Shown: positions 1 to 10,716, counted from the stretch's first letter. The stretch is 64,000 nucleotides of DNA from an uncultured Desulfurococcales archaeon (GCA_964406965.1 CAYOTT010000005.1:54878-118877); one strand, 5' to 3'. Translations and numbers: made by a program. Notes: generated from the letters alone by a model not told the origin.

Positions 1-624
1 GCTTTTTACTCCTCTAAGCATTTCATATAGCATGATTAATTCCTTGATGGGGTTTACCGAATAATCAACTCTTAAATTAACTATGTAGTCATAGTATTTT
101 CCATATGGTGTTTCTCCAACAATAATTAAAGCCCCGCTTCTATCTCCTCTTTTATCTCCTCCTAAAGCATGTCCGGCAGCCAATGCTGAGAGAAGAGCCC
201 ATGCAAAATCTTTTTCTCTTTTTCTCTCAAATTCTTCACACATAACCTTAGGTATTTCCGCAGTAACAATAAGATTCCCTAAACATACAACGGTTTGGCC
301 TACGTATATGCTGTTTTCCTTAGGTATTTCTTTTCCACTATGAAAGGCAATATCCCCCCTATAATCAACTACTGCTACTTGTCTTTTCTCAGGCTCACTA
401 TCCTTAGATAACGCCTTAGCTAGTGCCTTATCAGCTGAAAAGCCGTTGGCTAAGTATTCAAGAATTATTGGTCCCAACGCAGGATTAGTATATGCTTGTG
501 TTGCTACAGCACCTGCGCCTGCCCTTGCCCATGGAACTCTTGAACCTACGGCTAAACTTCCGGAAACAACTGCTACACCAAATAACTTCCTACTTAAGTC
601 GGCACCTACAATGCTGTACGTCAT
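1..624 (-). CDS. DUF1028-family Ntn-hydrolase-like protein (3' end runs off the window)
   Basis: Not in the ORF track. Manual translation from ATG at 624: MTYSIVGADLSRKLFGVAVVSGSLAVGSRVPWARAGAGAVATQAYTNPALG...; N-terminal Thr and VATQA motifs; reads ...MLRGVKS at the window edge without a stop. Confidence 0.85.
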   Translation of the reverse strand, partial: MTYSIVGADLSRKLFGVAVVSGSLAVGSRVPWARAGAGAVATQAYTNPALGPIILEYLANGFSADKALAKALSKDSEPEKRQVAVVDYRGDIAFHSGKEIPKENSIYVGQTVVCLGNLIVTAEIPKVMCEEFERKREKDFAWALLSALAAGHALGGDKRGDRSGALIIVGETPYGKYYDYIVNLRVDYSVNPIKELIMLYEMLRGVKS

Positions 625-666
625 TTTATATAAGACCTAAGAAAATTTGCTTAGCACTCAAATATA

Positions 667-1143
667 TTATTTCCTCCTAAACATTCTAGCTAAGCCTTTA
701 CTCGAAAGTTCCTTAAGCACAAAATATAGTAGCACTAGAGAAATTAGCCCTCCATAAAACTCTATCTTTTGCAATTCAGAAAGTATGTTGAACTCTGCTT
801 CTTCACCCACACTCTTAAGTATTAATACATCAGCTATGTTAGCTAAAATAACCAAAATATGAAGTATGAAAAGAGCTAAAGCCAGAAAAGTTCCAACAGT
901 AAGCGCTGATAAACTCTGTACTTCACTACTATGCGATACTAATGATAATGTAAGTATTGAACCTATTGTAATTAATGCTATAGAATATCCTATGTCGCCT
1001 GGCACATTGAGTGTTAAAAAAACATTTAATGGCTCAAAACCTATCGGAAATGTTGAAGAAAACCAGTTGTATAGAGCAATTAAACCATAAACTAAGTAAA
1101 TTACGCCCAATATTCCTGCAATTATTTTAGCAATTATTCTCAC
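667..1143 (-). CDS. Four-TM membrane protein downstream of feoB
   Basis: 158 aa with about 4 hydrophobic helices; 18 bp after the feoB stop. Confidence 0.7.
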   Translation of the reverse strand: MRIIAKIIAGILGVIYLVYGLIALYNWFSSTFPIGFEPLNVFLTLNVPGDIGYSIALITIGSILTLSLVSHSSEVQSLSALTVGTFLALALFILHILVILANIADVLILKSVGEEAEFNILSELQKIEFYGGLISLVLLYFVLKELSSKGLARMFRRK

Positions 1144-1161
1144 TATAATACCCTCCCACTT

Positions 1162-3198
1162 TTAAGTTAAACCAACAAACCTACCTATAAACACTATAGT
1201 TAATGCTACAATATACGCTAACATTATTTCATAAGCTAAAGCCATTAGAGCGTATTTTCCACCAAGCTCTCCTCTTATAGCTGCTATTGTAGCTAAACAT
1301 GGAACATAAATTAATGTAAAGGCCATGTAAGCGTAAGCTGTGAGAGGAGTAAAAGCAGTTCCTATAGCTTGTGAAAGATTTTCCTCACTAACCCCATAAA
1401 GTACAGCCATAACCCCTACAACCAATTCTTTAGCTATTAATCCAAAAATAAGGGAGGCCGTAGCTCTCCAATCCCAACCCATAGGTGTGAAAATTGTTGA
1501 AAGCATATGTCCAACAACACCTACCCAGCTTTTACTAAAGAGCTCCGGATTTTCCAGAGCTTCAACACCTATGATTCCTGAAGGACCCGTTATACTTAGT
1601 GTCCAAACAGTTATAACTCCTAAGAAAATTACTGTGCCAGCTTTAAAAAGGAATTTTTTGGTTCTTTCCCACATTTTTAAAATTACAGTTTTAACTTGCG
1701 GTATAAGGTATGGAGGCATTTCCATAATGAAGCCTACTGATGGGCCTTTAAACACGAATTTTCTAAGAAAAGTAGCTATTAAAATTGCCAGAAAAATTCC
1801 GAGAAGATACATAGTTAAAACAGCTGTTCCAGCATAAGCTCCAAAGAATGTTCCAGCAAAAATTAGGTAGACAGGTAATCTAGCACTACATGACATTAGC
1901 GGAAGTATTAAGGCTGTTGTTTTTCTATCGTTTTCATCCTCTATAACTCTCGTAGCCATTATTGCCGGAACATTGCATCCAAAACCTATAACCATAGGTA
2001 TTATTGACTTTCCTGTTAAACCTACCTTATGCATTATTCTATCCATTATGTATGCAACTCTCGACATGTACCCTACATCTTCAAGTAAGGCTAAGGCTAA
2101 AAATAGGAAAGCAATGTTTGGGAGAAACACAAGTATTGAACCTAAACCCGAAATAACTCCGTCAGCTAGAAACGAAGCTACAAGCTTAGGTAAATTACTT
2201 TCAACAACAGCTCTATAAAGAATATTGTTGAATAAAATGTCTACTAAGTCTACAAAAGGCGTAGCAACATCAAAGGCGAACCTAAATAACATGTATAAAA
2301 CAGTTACCATTACAGGTATTCCAAGGGTTTTATGTGCTATAGTGTAGTCAAGCAAGCCGCTGAAAGTAAGTCCTACTTCTTTAACTTTAACAACTGTTTT
2401 ACGAACTATTTCAGCAACTCTATCATATCTTCTTTCAACAAGATACTCTTCAACATCTTTACCTAGTTCCTCACTTAACTTCCTCCTTATTTCCTCAACC
2501 TCTACAATTATTTCTTGAGAAAATCTTTTGACTTTCTCTTTCACTTCATGGTCGTTTTCCAAAAGTTTTATTGCAATCCATCTTAATGGGTATTTTTCTC
2601 TGAGGCCTTCTATTCTCCCTAATCTCTCTTTAATATACTCTATTTGTTTCTCAACTTTACTACCGTAATTAACAATGGTTCCGCACTTAGCTTTCTTTTT
2701 TGAAGCCTCTATCATTGCTTTTATGAGATCATTAAACCCTATTTTCTTAATAGCTACCATAGGTACTATTGGGATATCACATAGTTCTTTCTGAAGTTTT
2801 TCTACATCAATCTTTAACCCTGTGCTTTCAGCCAAATCCATCATATTCAATGCTATTACCACGTTAGCTTCCATTTCAAGAAGAGTTAATGTTAGGTAAA
2901 GATTTCTCTCAATACTTGCAGCATTAACTATGTTAACCACTACATCAGGTTTTTCTTCAACAATAAAGTTTCTCGCTATAAGCTCGTCAATACTATAAGC
3001 GGTTAAGCTATATATTCCAGGCAAATCTGTTATTTCAAATTCATAATTCTCTAACCTGAGTTTACCTACCTTTTTCTCAACAGTAACTCCAGGCCAATTA
3101 CCAACCCACGCTTTTCCTCCTGTCAACTCGTTAAATATAACAGATTTCCCAACATTCGGGTTACCTACTAAAGCAACTCTAACCTTCACCAAAACCAC
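1162..3198 (-). CDS. feoB: Ferrous iron transporter FeoB
   Basis: G1 GNPNVGKS, G2 NWPGVTVE, G3 DLPG, G4 NMMD; gate motifs GFGCNVPA and PLMSCSARLP; PCLAT. Confidence 0.97.
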   Translation of the reverse strand: MVLVKVRVALVGNPNVGKSVIFNELTGGKAWVGNWPGVTVEKKVGKLRLENYEFEITDLPGIYSLTAYSIDELIARNFIVEEKPDVVVNIVNAASIERNLYLTLTLLEMEANVVIALNMMDLAESTGLKIDVEKLQKELCDIPIVPMVAIKKIGFNDLIKAMIEASKKKAKCGTIVNYGSKVEKQIEYIKERLGRIEGLREKYPLRWIAIKLLENDHEVKEKVKRFSQEIIVEVEEIRRKLSEELGKDVEEYLVERRYDRVAEIVRKTVVKVKEVGLTFSGLLDYTIAHKTLGIPVMVTVLYMLFRFAFDVATPFVDLVDILFNNILYRAVVESNLPKLVASFLADGVISGLGSILVFLPNIAFLFLALALLEDVGYMSRVAYIMDRIMHKVGLTGKSIIPMVIGFGCNVPAIMATRVIEDENDRKTTALILPLMSCSARLPVYLIFAGTFFGAYAGTAVLTMYLLGIFLAILIATFLRKFVFKGPSVGFIMEMPPYLIPQVKTVILKMWERTKKFLFKAGTVIFLGVITVWTLSITGPSGIIGVEALENPELFSKSWVGVVGHMLSTIFTPMGWDWRATASLIFGLIAKELVVGVMAVLYGVSEENLSQAIGTAFTPLTAYAYMAFTLIYVPCLATIAAIRGELGGKYALMALAYEIMLAYIVALTIVFIGRFVGLT

Positions 3199-3216
3199 CT
3201 GTTAGAAACATAAAAG

Positions 3217-3230
3217 TTAGGTCAGCCTAA
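3217..3230. promoter_or_regulatory. Candidate DtxR/IdeR-family iron operator (TTAGG-N4-CCTAA)
   Basis: TTAGGTCAGCCTAA inverted repeat between a TATA-like element (about 3267-3277) and the feoB start; resembles the DtxR consensus. Confidence 0.6.
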
Positions 3231-3540
3231 TATTATTTGCCTAATTTAACATAGTAAGAAAAGCCTATTTAAATATAGTTTCGTGCAATATCATATAATT
3301 TAGAAATAGCAAACCATAAAGTTAGCTTTACAATAAATGAGAAGTCGGAATACAAACAATTAAAAATTATAAAATTTTCTATTAAAGTTAGACTAAACAT
3401 ATGACCTACGTAAAGGCACATACTTTAAAATATATGTTTAAAAATCATGTTTAATCAGAAACAATTATTTTAAAACGATCAATTAAAAATCAATTTATAA
3501 CTTTCATTAGAAATTCAATGAGAAATAGTGGTAAGAAGAA

Positions 3541-4224
3541 TTGATTAGTGATATAGAAAGAGCTCAAAATATTCTTGAAAAATTAAAGGAAGTGTTTGGA
3601 AGAGTAAATGAGGAAGAATTTTTAGCATATAAGGTAGCTTTTAGAACAAGGGATCCTTTCGAAACCTTAATTGCAACAATACTTACTCAAAACACTAATG
3701 AAAGAAATGCTTTTAGATCATACTATAGTTTAAAGAGAAAGTTTAAAATAAAACCGGAGATTTTAGCGGTTAAAACAGTCAAAGAAATATCTTCACTCAT
3801 TTCCCATGGAGGATTAGGTTCTATTAAGGCAAAAAGGATTATTGAAGCTTCAAAGTACGTACTGAAAACTTACGAGGGCAATTTATGGAGTGTTCTTAAA
3901 AAGCCTCTAGAAGAAGCTAGGAAAGAGCTGTTGAAAATACCTGGAGTAGGTCCTAAAACAGCTGATATATTATTGCTCATGATAGCAAATAAGCCTACAG
4001 TACCTGTAGATACGCATGTAATGAGAGTTAGTGGTAGATTAGGTTTTGTAAAGAGAAATGCTAAATACGAAGATGTAAGAAAAGCTCTAATAAATCTTTA
4101 TTGTCCGGATAAGTGTCTTGAAGCCCACCTATACCTTATATTATTAGGTAGGAAATATTGTTTATCGAGAAAGCCTAGATGCCGTGAATGCCCTATAGCA
4201 AATTTATGCCCTAAAATATGCTAA
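3541..4224 (+). CDS. nth: Endonuclease III (HhH-GPD glycosylase with 4Fe-4S cluster)
   Basis: LLKIPGVGPKTAD HhH motif, PVDTHV, C-terminal CLSRKPRCRECPIANLC. Confidence 0.92.
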   Translation: MISDIERAQNILEKLKEVFGRVNEEEFLAYKVAFRTRDPFETLIATILTQNTNERNAFRSYYSLKRKFKIKPEILAVKTVKEISSLISHGGLGSIKAKRIIEASKYVLKTYEGNLWSVLKKPLEEARKELLKIPGVGPKTADILLLMIANKPTVPVDTHVMRVSGRLGFVKRNAKYEDVRKALINLYCPDKCLEAHLYLILLGRKYCLSRKPRCRECPIANLCPKIC

Positions 4225-4855
4225 TACTAAATGTCTTAAGGGGTTCTGGAGGATTCTTTTGAGATATTTTCTTCATGAAAAATGTTTCAAGCAACTCTAT
4301 GGTTTTAAGCATTAAACTTATCGCATTCTCCCGCATAAAACCATTCTTTAACCAAACATTTATTTTCACATCGACTCTTCTAAACTCTTTATTTTCACTA
4401 AGATATAGTCTGAAATAATGTATTTTACCTTCACCGCCGCTTGGTTTCAAATACTCTCTCTTTAATGGTTCCTCATGCTCCCTTAGGAAGAGTGTTAAAG
4501 CGTTTTTCCTAGCGTTTTTAGGTGAAACCCTAAATTTCCACTTAGTCCATAAGAAAGTATCTACGAAAACTACTTGGGCTTCAGGTGTTCTAAGTTCCCT
4601 GTCTTTAAATGTCCCTTCAAACCCTATGAATGATGACTTTCTATTTCCAATAGACATGGCTAAGATGTTTACGTAAAGCCCATTAAATAATGTTATATAT
4701 CCATTAAGCGTTAGGGCTTTATAAAGAACGCTTTCTTTAAGTTCGACCACGCTAAGTGACTTAACAAGTGATCCCAAGTTTTCCTTACATATTTTAACTA
4801 ATTCCTTAGCTAGCTCCATAGCGTTTCCGGGAGTTCTCCACGCGAAAGGATCCAT
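4211..4855 (-). CDS. Hypothetical protein
   Basis: 214-aa ORF with GGTGA SD; no recognised motif. Confidence 0.6.
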   Translation of the reverse strand: MDPFAWRTPGNAMELAKELVKICKENLGSLVKSLSVVELKESVLYKALTLNGYITLFNGLYVNILAMSIGNRKSSFIGFEGTFKDRELRTPEAQVVFVDTFLWTKWKFRVSPKNARKNALTLFLREHEEPLKREYLKPSGGEGKIHYFRLYLSENKEFRRVDVKINVWLKNGFMRENAISLMLKTIELLETFFMKKISQKNPPEPLKTFSISIF

Positions 4856-4868
4856 TATTTCACCGAAA

Positions 4869-5834
4869 TTAAAATGGACTATGTATTGCTACAGCAACTG
4901 CACCATATAGTACTATATCGTCACCTAGTTTTGTAATTTCTATTCTTGGAACCTTATTTACAGCATAATGGTCAATGTATTTCAATATGGGATCTATAAC
5001 TAGCTCTCTTGGATTATTTAAAGCTATAGCTCCACCTACAGTAATTAATTCTGGATCGTAAGCATTTATTACGTTAGCAAACCCTGCTGCATTTATTTTA
5101 CCTAGCTCGTCAATAACCAGCAACGCTAATTTATCACCTATTTTTGCTGCGTCAAACAAGTCCTTAGATGTTAATGTGTTGCTTAGTATTTTCTTTTTAA
5201 GAATGCTTTCTCTAAGTAATTCGTTGAACTTGTTCTTGCAAAGCATTCTAACAAATCTCGGTATGTTCCTACCTGAAGCATAAGCTTCCCAATGGCCAAG
5301 CCGTCCGCATCCGCAAATAAGCGATGATTCATAGTTTATAACGGAATGACCCATTTCATGAGCGTTTCCGTCTTTACCTAAAAGAAGTTTTCCATTAACT
5401 ATTACCCCAACACCTATGCCTGTGCTTAGGGTAATGTACACTAAGTTTTCAACATTTCTTCCTAAACCAAAATGTTTTTCACCCCAAACAGCCGAGACAG
5501 CATCATTAAGTACAATGACTTCTGTTTCGAAGAATTCTTCTAAAGGAGCTTTTAATTCTACTTTTTTAAAAGGCAAATTTGGTGGGTTAACTATTATGCC
5601 TTTCCCTATATCTAATGGTCCTATAGAGCCTATAGCAACTTTAACTATTCTTACACTACCTAGTTTTTCAATGAGCTTCTTATATGTCGTGATTATTTGC
5701 TGAGCTATAGTATATTCATCACCCTCCTTAGCAACGAATTCTTTAACTTTTGAAACAATATTACCTTGCATCGTTGCCAAAGCTAACCTAAGGTATGTTG
5801 CTCCAATATCTACTGCTAAAACATATTTTTTCAA
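4869..5834 (-). CDS. ROK-family sugar kinase (glucokinase-like)
   Basis: VDIGAT, LNDA, GNAHEMGH, CGCGRLGHWEAYASG. Confidence 0.92.
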   Translation of the reverse strand: MKKYVLAVDIGATYLRLALATMQGNIVSKVKEFVAKEGDEYTIAQQIITTYKKLIEKLGSVRIVKVAIGSIGPLDIGKGIIVNPPNLPFKKVELKAPLEEFFETEVIVLNDAVSAVWGEKHFGLGRNVENLVYITLSTGIGVGVIVNGKLLLGKDGNAHEMGHSVINYESSLICGCGRLGHWEAYASGRNIPRFVRMLCKNKFNELLRESILKKKILSNTLTSKDLFDAAKIGDKLALLVIDELGKINAAGFANVINAYDPELITVGGAIALNNPRELVIDPILKYIDHYAVNKVPRIEITKLGDDIVLYGAVAVAIHSPF

Positions 5835-5835
5835 A

Positions 5836-6300
5836 TTACAAGCCTCCCTTAAAAATTCTAAACAAGTCTATAACTAAAATTGTTAAGACGAGTATTATTG
5901 GGGCAACAAGAATAGTTCTAAGGAGAAACTCTATATTTAAGCCGTAAATTATTATTAATAACCCTATAATGTGAAACATTATAAGTACGTGTAGCCCGTA
6001 GCGTAGAAGTAAACCATATTTTCTAGCTTTTTGAGTTAAAAACACTATAGTGAAAACAACTATTGCCGAGAGAATTTGGGTTATAAATATTCCCAATTTT
6101 AACCCAAATGCTTTAAAGAAGAAATGTAAACCTAAATTTATTTCCTCCGCCCCAAAGGACATAATGCTTCTGTATGTAAGAGTCATGTCGAGAGATCTAA
6201 TAATTAAAGCTACTATACCTAATATGAAGAGGTCAAGATCTATAGTTTCTGTGAAAAGATTTTTCCTAAGTAATTTCATCATTTTTCTCTCAAAATACAT
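5836..6300 (-). CDS. DUF5658-like membrane protein
   Basis: LDMTLTY...GAEEINL motif, 4-5 TM helices. Confidence 0.55.
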   Translation of the reverse strand: MYFERKMMKLLRKNLFTETIDLDLFILGIVALIIRSLDMTLTYRSIMSFGAEEINLGLHFFFKAFGLKLGIFITQILSAIVVFTIVFLTQKARKYGLLLRYGLHVLIMFHIIGLLIIIYGLNIEFLLRTILVAPIILVLTILVIDLFRIFKGGL

Positions 6301-6321
6301 TAAGTACGTAGGGATTAATAT

Positions 6322-8736
6322 TTACTCTTTTTCTTTCTCCGTTTGAGATAGGAAATCAAGTAGTGATGTTGTCTTCTTATTGCTTCTTTTATCACTGACT
6401 AACATCTTTACCTCAGGCTTGAACTGTTCTTTAACATGCCTTGTTGAAGCTTCAATACTCATTTTATAAATACTTCTACTTATATTTCTGAAAGCACTCA
6501 TCACTTTTCCAACATAATTTAAATCGATGTTTTCATAGTACACCCTTGTTCTCGTTGCTTCGGAGTCTAATTCAAGTCTTATTATACTAAGTTTTTCTTC
6601 GCCTGAAACATCATAAAATGATCTATCATGTGTAACAATAATTACCTGTTTCGGCCCTCCCGGGCTAAAAAGAACTCTTCTTAGTAACTCTACTCTTTCA
6701 GGAGAGAAACCGTATGTTGGCTCATCAAGTATCAATAAGCCTTCTCTAAGTTGGGGAATCATGCTTCTAGCTACCCTATTTAAAGCAAGTCTATAGGCTA
6801 AAGAAATACTTGTAAGTTGCCCCCCGCTTGGCGTGTCTATAGTAACTAAAGAACCATCTACTTTAGCTTTAAATTCAAGCTTGAAGTCCGGTGAGACTTC
6901 TACGTCTATGTTTTCATATCCCATCATTAGAGTTTTGAATATTCTTAGAAATTCTTCTTTAAAAGCAATATAAGCTTTGGATTTAACATATCTTTCAACT
7001 TCCCTTATTATGGCCAATACGTTTTTATCTAGAAATTCAAGATAAAATCTGTTCTTGTTTATTTCCTCCCTTATTTTCTTAAGTTCCTCTTTAACTCTAC
7101 TTATTTCTCTTAATTTTTCCTCATAACTTCCGATTTCTCCTTGTAGTCTCCCTTTTTCCTCATTAATTCTTTCTTTTTCTTTCAATATATTTTCTAAATC
7201 CCTTTTAGCAACGCTTATTTCTTCATTAACTTTTTCAAGTTCCTTAGTTACTTTAGTTATTTTTTTAAGTTCGCTTTTTAACTTGCTTATACGGGACTCT
7301 ATTTTAGCTACGTCTTTAGCGACTTCGAGGAGACTTCTTAGTTTAGCTTTTCTTTCAAGGAGGTTCTTTAGCTTCTCATTGGTTTTTCTTTCTTCAGCTG
7401 AGAGATCGTTAAATTCTTTTTCAAGAATGCTCCTTTCCCTTTTCATTTTCTCTATGTTAGTCTCTACTGTAGCAAGTTTCTTAAGGACCTCTTCCTTTTC
7501 AGCTAAGAGTTTATCAATGTCCTTGCTAATTCTTTCCTTAAGATCTTTAGCATGTGCGTGAGGTACTGGCTGTAAGCATAATGGGCATATTCCTTTACCT
7601 TCAAGATTCCTTATTTCTTCTAATCTCCTCTTAAGCTCCCCTATTTTACCGTCTATTTCAGCTACTTTAGAATGTAAAGCTTTGCTTTCACTTGTTTTTG
7701 ATTCAAGAATATTTTCTAGCTCTTTTTTACTCTTACTTACTGCCTCCCTTCCACTGCTTATTTTCCTTAATTTGTCCTCTATTTTCCTAATTTCGTTCTC
7801 TAATACTGAAAGTTCATTTTCTAGCTCTCCTATACTCTTATCTCCAAGATCTTGCATTTTCGTTTTCTTTTCATTTTCTAGTTCCTCAAGTTCTCCTCTT
7901 AAGACTTCAGCTTTTCCTGCTTTTTCCCTTAACTTCTTCTCTTTCTCCTCAAGTTCTCTTAGTTTTTCTTTTAACTTTTCTTCAGCTTCTTTTAATTTCT
8001 TAGCTTCTTTCTCAAGTTTTTCTAGTTTTTCTTTTGCTCCTCTTAACCTTTCCTTAACTATGGTTTCATCAACTATTTTCTCTCTTAACTCGCTTTCCCG
8101 CTTCTCCAGCTCTTTCCTAAGTTTACGGCGAGCAAGTGCTTTTACATAATCTATTCTCTCCTTAGCATAACTGTATTTTACGAGATTTAGAACCCTATTT
8201 ACTATTTCCGATCTCTCTTCCTCGCTCACATTAAGTATTGAGTGTATTCCAAATTGGGGAACGTAAATTGCTGAAGCAAAAACCTTACTTCTAGCCCGTG
8301 TTTTCTCTTCAGGTATTCCAAGGAGCTCCAATATGTAGCTTCTCATTTCAGAAGCTGTAAGTCTCCTAAATTTTGTTGAACCACCCTTCTCTACTACTAG
8401 AACCCATCCCCCCTTATCACTTACCGTTTTCCCAGATTCAGCTATTTCCCTGTGAACTATTATGTCTCTTCCTTCGCTTCTAATCCATAATTTAATGAAT
8501 CCTCTACTTTCACCTCTCCTTAGAAGATCTCTAGCAGTTGGATTAGCGAATCTTGAGAGAGGATCCGTTGGCGAACCTGGAACGTTTCCGAAAATAGCAA
8601 ACCCTATTGCGCTTAAAATACTTGTTTTTCCCGAACCTACGTCGCCGTAAATCACTGTTATTCCTTCTTCGGGAAACACTACTATTTCATCCTTATAGGA
8701 TCTAATGTTATGTAGCCAAATAGCCTTGATAATCAT
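6322..8736 (-). CDS. rad50: Rad50/SbcC-family SMC-like ATPase
   Basis: Walker A GDVGSGKT, Q-loop YVPQ, coiled coils with CPLC zinc hook, signature PSGGQ, Walker B LILDEPT, H-loop VTHD. Confidence 0.92.
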   Translation of the reverse strand: MIIKAIWLHNIRSYKDEIVVFPEEGITVIYGDVGSGKTSILSAIGFAIFGNVPGSPTDPLSRFANPTARDLLRRGESRGFIKLWIRSEGRDIIVHREIAESGKTVSDKGGWVLVVEKGGSTKFRRLTASEMRSYILELLGIPEEKTRARSKVFASAIYVPQFGIHSILNVSEEERSEIVNRVLNLVKYSYAKERIDYVKALARRKLRKELEKRESELREKIVDETIVKERLRGAKEKLEKLEKEAKKLKEAEEKLKEKLRELEEKEKKLREKAGKAEVLRGELEELENEKKTKMQDLGDKSIGELENELSVLENEIRKIEDKLRKISSGREAVSKSKKELENILESKTSESKALHSKVAEIDGKIGELKRRLEEIRNLEGKGICPLCLQPVPHAHAKDLKERISKDIDKLLAEKEEVLKKLATVETNIEKMKRERSILEKEFNDLSAEERKTNEKLKNLLERKAKLRSLLEVAKDVAKIESRISKLKSELKKITKVTKELEKVNEEISVAKRDLENILKEKERINEEKGRLQGEIGSYEEKLREISRVKEELKKIREEINKNRFYLEFLDKNVLAIIREVERYVKSKAYIAFKEEFLRIFKTLMMGYENIDVEVSPDFKLEFKAKVDGSLVTIDTPSGGQLTSISLAYRLALNRVARSMIPQLREGLLILDEPTYGFSPERVELLRRVLFSPGGPKQVIIVTHDRSFYDVSGEEKLSIIRLELDSEATRTRVYYENIDLNYVGKVMSAFRNISRSIYKMSIEASTRHVKEQFKPEVKMLVSDKRSNKKTTSLLDFLSQTEKEKE

Positions 8737-8743
8737 CGCTTAC

Positions 8744-10714
8744 TTAAACCTCTGAGACAATTTTAGCTAAATCCTCTAATTTCTCTACTTCCCGCCTACT
8801 TTCCACTGCGATTTCAAACCATCCCTTAAAGTAAGCTGGTATGGGGTCTCTAACTCTAACATCTGGTGTGTAAATGTATCCTTCTCTATCGTTTAGTAAG
8901 GGTATTTCTGATGAGGGAACACCTATTGATGAGAAATATTCTATGTCACTCCTATACTTTGTTCTTAAAACTATAAGGGTGTTCATGTTTGCTAAAAGCT
9001 GTTTTTCGATAATTGTAGCTAGCTGGGTTATTGCTATAAGCCCTATTCTAAACTTTCTTCCTTCACGAGCTATTCTAGCAAAAGCATTTCTAGGGCTCCT
9101 AACTTTTTCAGGTGAAAGATAAAGGGGTGCTTCTTCAGAAACTATTGCTACAACGTTTTTCCTGCTTAGTTCCCTAGGGTCTAATCCTATTCTACCACTT
9201 AGAAGTCTCCTAACAACATTGAGCACTACAGCATCAGCTTGGGCTGAAGGTGCAGAGGAAACATCAAGTATTACAATGTTTCCCTCTTCAGTTTTCTTAA
9301 TTATTGAATCAATACTTAAACCTCTTTCGATAACTGATAATTCATCAGAAACACTAATCCTATACCACTTATAATTTGTCAAGTTCTGTTTAACTCTTAA
9401 AACAGGGCTTTTAGCTATTTCCTCAAGAAGCCTACGTAGAAAACCTGGTTTCTTAAAAACATCGCTTAATTTAAAAATGCTTTTATCGTCAGAATAGACT
9501 GTTATAACTCCTCCGCTTTTGGAAACGCTTTTTGGCTTAATGTTTAAGAGAGCTAATAGGCGTGTTCTCCAAACCCTAAGTTTCTGAATATACATTCCCT
9601 GTTGAACAAACTCCCTATAAACACCCTTCTTCTCTTTTTCTCCAACACCTTCGCTATTACACATGTTATCAACTACAGCTATGAATAGCGGAATTAAATG
9701 ACCGCTTAGTACTCCTTCTCTACTTCTAAACATTTCTTTCCAAGCATCAGATAGATTAGATGCTTCAACTATTGCTTCAAGAGTTTCAAGAATCATCTCT
9801 AATGTAGCTGCTTCCTCATCAGATACTTCAAGAGCCATTGAAACATCATTTACCGTTAAGCTTCCAATGTTTATTGCTGATTCCCTTATTTCCACATTAC
9901 CATATATTTGTGGTTCTCTTTCCGTAAAAGAGAGCTTATATACGTGAATTCTTTCCTTCATTACGTCTTCAGAATTATTGCTTAAAATAGCTTTAGAAAG
10001 CTTGTTAAGGAAAAATTCTTCCCTACCGCTTGAATACTTACTATATTCTCCATGCCTATCTATTATGAGCCAGCTTATTGGGGATTTCCCGTGAATAGCC
10101 CAGTCTAGAATTATACCCATAATTCCAGTTGTTTTTCCAGCACCCGTTTGTCCAGAAATGAGAATGTGTTTTGGAATTAAAGATTCTATATCAACCTTTA
10201 TTTCTGCTTTATCAAAATATTTTAGAGATTTCTCGCTCTCCGTTGATGCTGAACCACTTCTTAAAATGGCTATTGGCACTGTTTTTTCTAAATATTCTTG
10301 GGCAGGAATACCTAAACTAAACATGTACATTATTTTCTCAGACTCTTCGTCGCCTCTTTCAAGTCTATAAACTTCAGTATTAAGCGGCGGAGGTATTGCA
10401 GGTCTTGAAACATAGATTCTACCTCCTTCTTCGGTAATTAAGAACATAGGTGATGATATAATGGTTCTTTCCTTTCCTGCCTCAATAAGTGCTCCACTAG
10501 GTTCAACTTTCCTAGGTAGAAGACCTAAGGTTTTATTAGCTCCTGCTGGAAGCTTATTTAAAACATCGTCCACGTGAAGTAATAGAATTTTACTTAACCC
10601 CTTAAGTTTAACGTAAAGAATATCTCCTATGCTTATTCCTAAACCACTTTGATAACCTGCAATCAATACTTTATCTTTAGAAGACTCATATATCCATCCA
10701 ACAAATTTACCCAT
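8744..10714 (-). CDS. herA: HerA-family DNA translocase/helicase
   Basis: N-terminal HAS-barrel-like region, HILISGQTGAGKT, IDRHGEY, Walker B VSEEAP, AREGRKF, ITQ. Confidence 0.88.
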   Translation of the reverse strand: MGKFVGWIYESSKDKVLIAGYQSGLGISIGDILYVKLKGLSKILLLHVDDVLNKLPAGANKTLGLLPRKVEPSGALIEAGKERTIISSPMFLITEEGGRIYVSRPAIPPPLNTEVYRLERGDEESEKIMYMFSLGIPAQEYLEKTVPIAILRSGSASTESEKSLKYFDKAEIKVDIESLIPKHILISGQTGAGKTTGIMGIILDWAIHGKSPISWLIIDRHGEYSKYSSGREEFFLNKLSKAILSNNSEDVMKERIHVYKLSFTEREPQIYGNVEIRESAINIGSLTVNDVSMALEVSDEEAATLEMILETLEAIVEASNLSDAWKEMFRSREGVLSGHLIPLFIAVVDNMCNSEGVGEKEKKGVYREFVQQGMYIQKLRVWRTRLLALLNIKPKSVSKSGGVITVYSDDKSIFKLSDVFKKPGFLRRLLEEIAKSPVLRVKQNLTNYKWYRISVSDELSVIERGLSIDSIIKKTEEGNIVILDVSSAPSAQADAVVLNVVRRLLSGRIGLDPRELSRKNVVAIVSEEAPLYLSPEKVRSPRNAFARIAREGRKFRIGLIAITQLATIIEKQLLANMNTLIVLRTKYRSDIEYFSSIGVPSSEIPLLNDREGYIYTPDVRVRDPIPAYFKGWFEIAVESRREVEKLEDLAKIVSEV

Positions 10715-10716
10715 AA

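Noticed and set aside
7000..8150. Low-complexity purine/pyrimidine-skewed stretch
   Set aside because: Explained by the Lys/Glu-rich Rad50 coiled coil.
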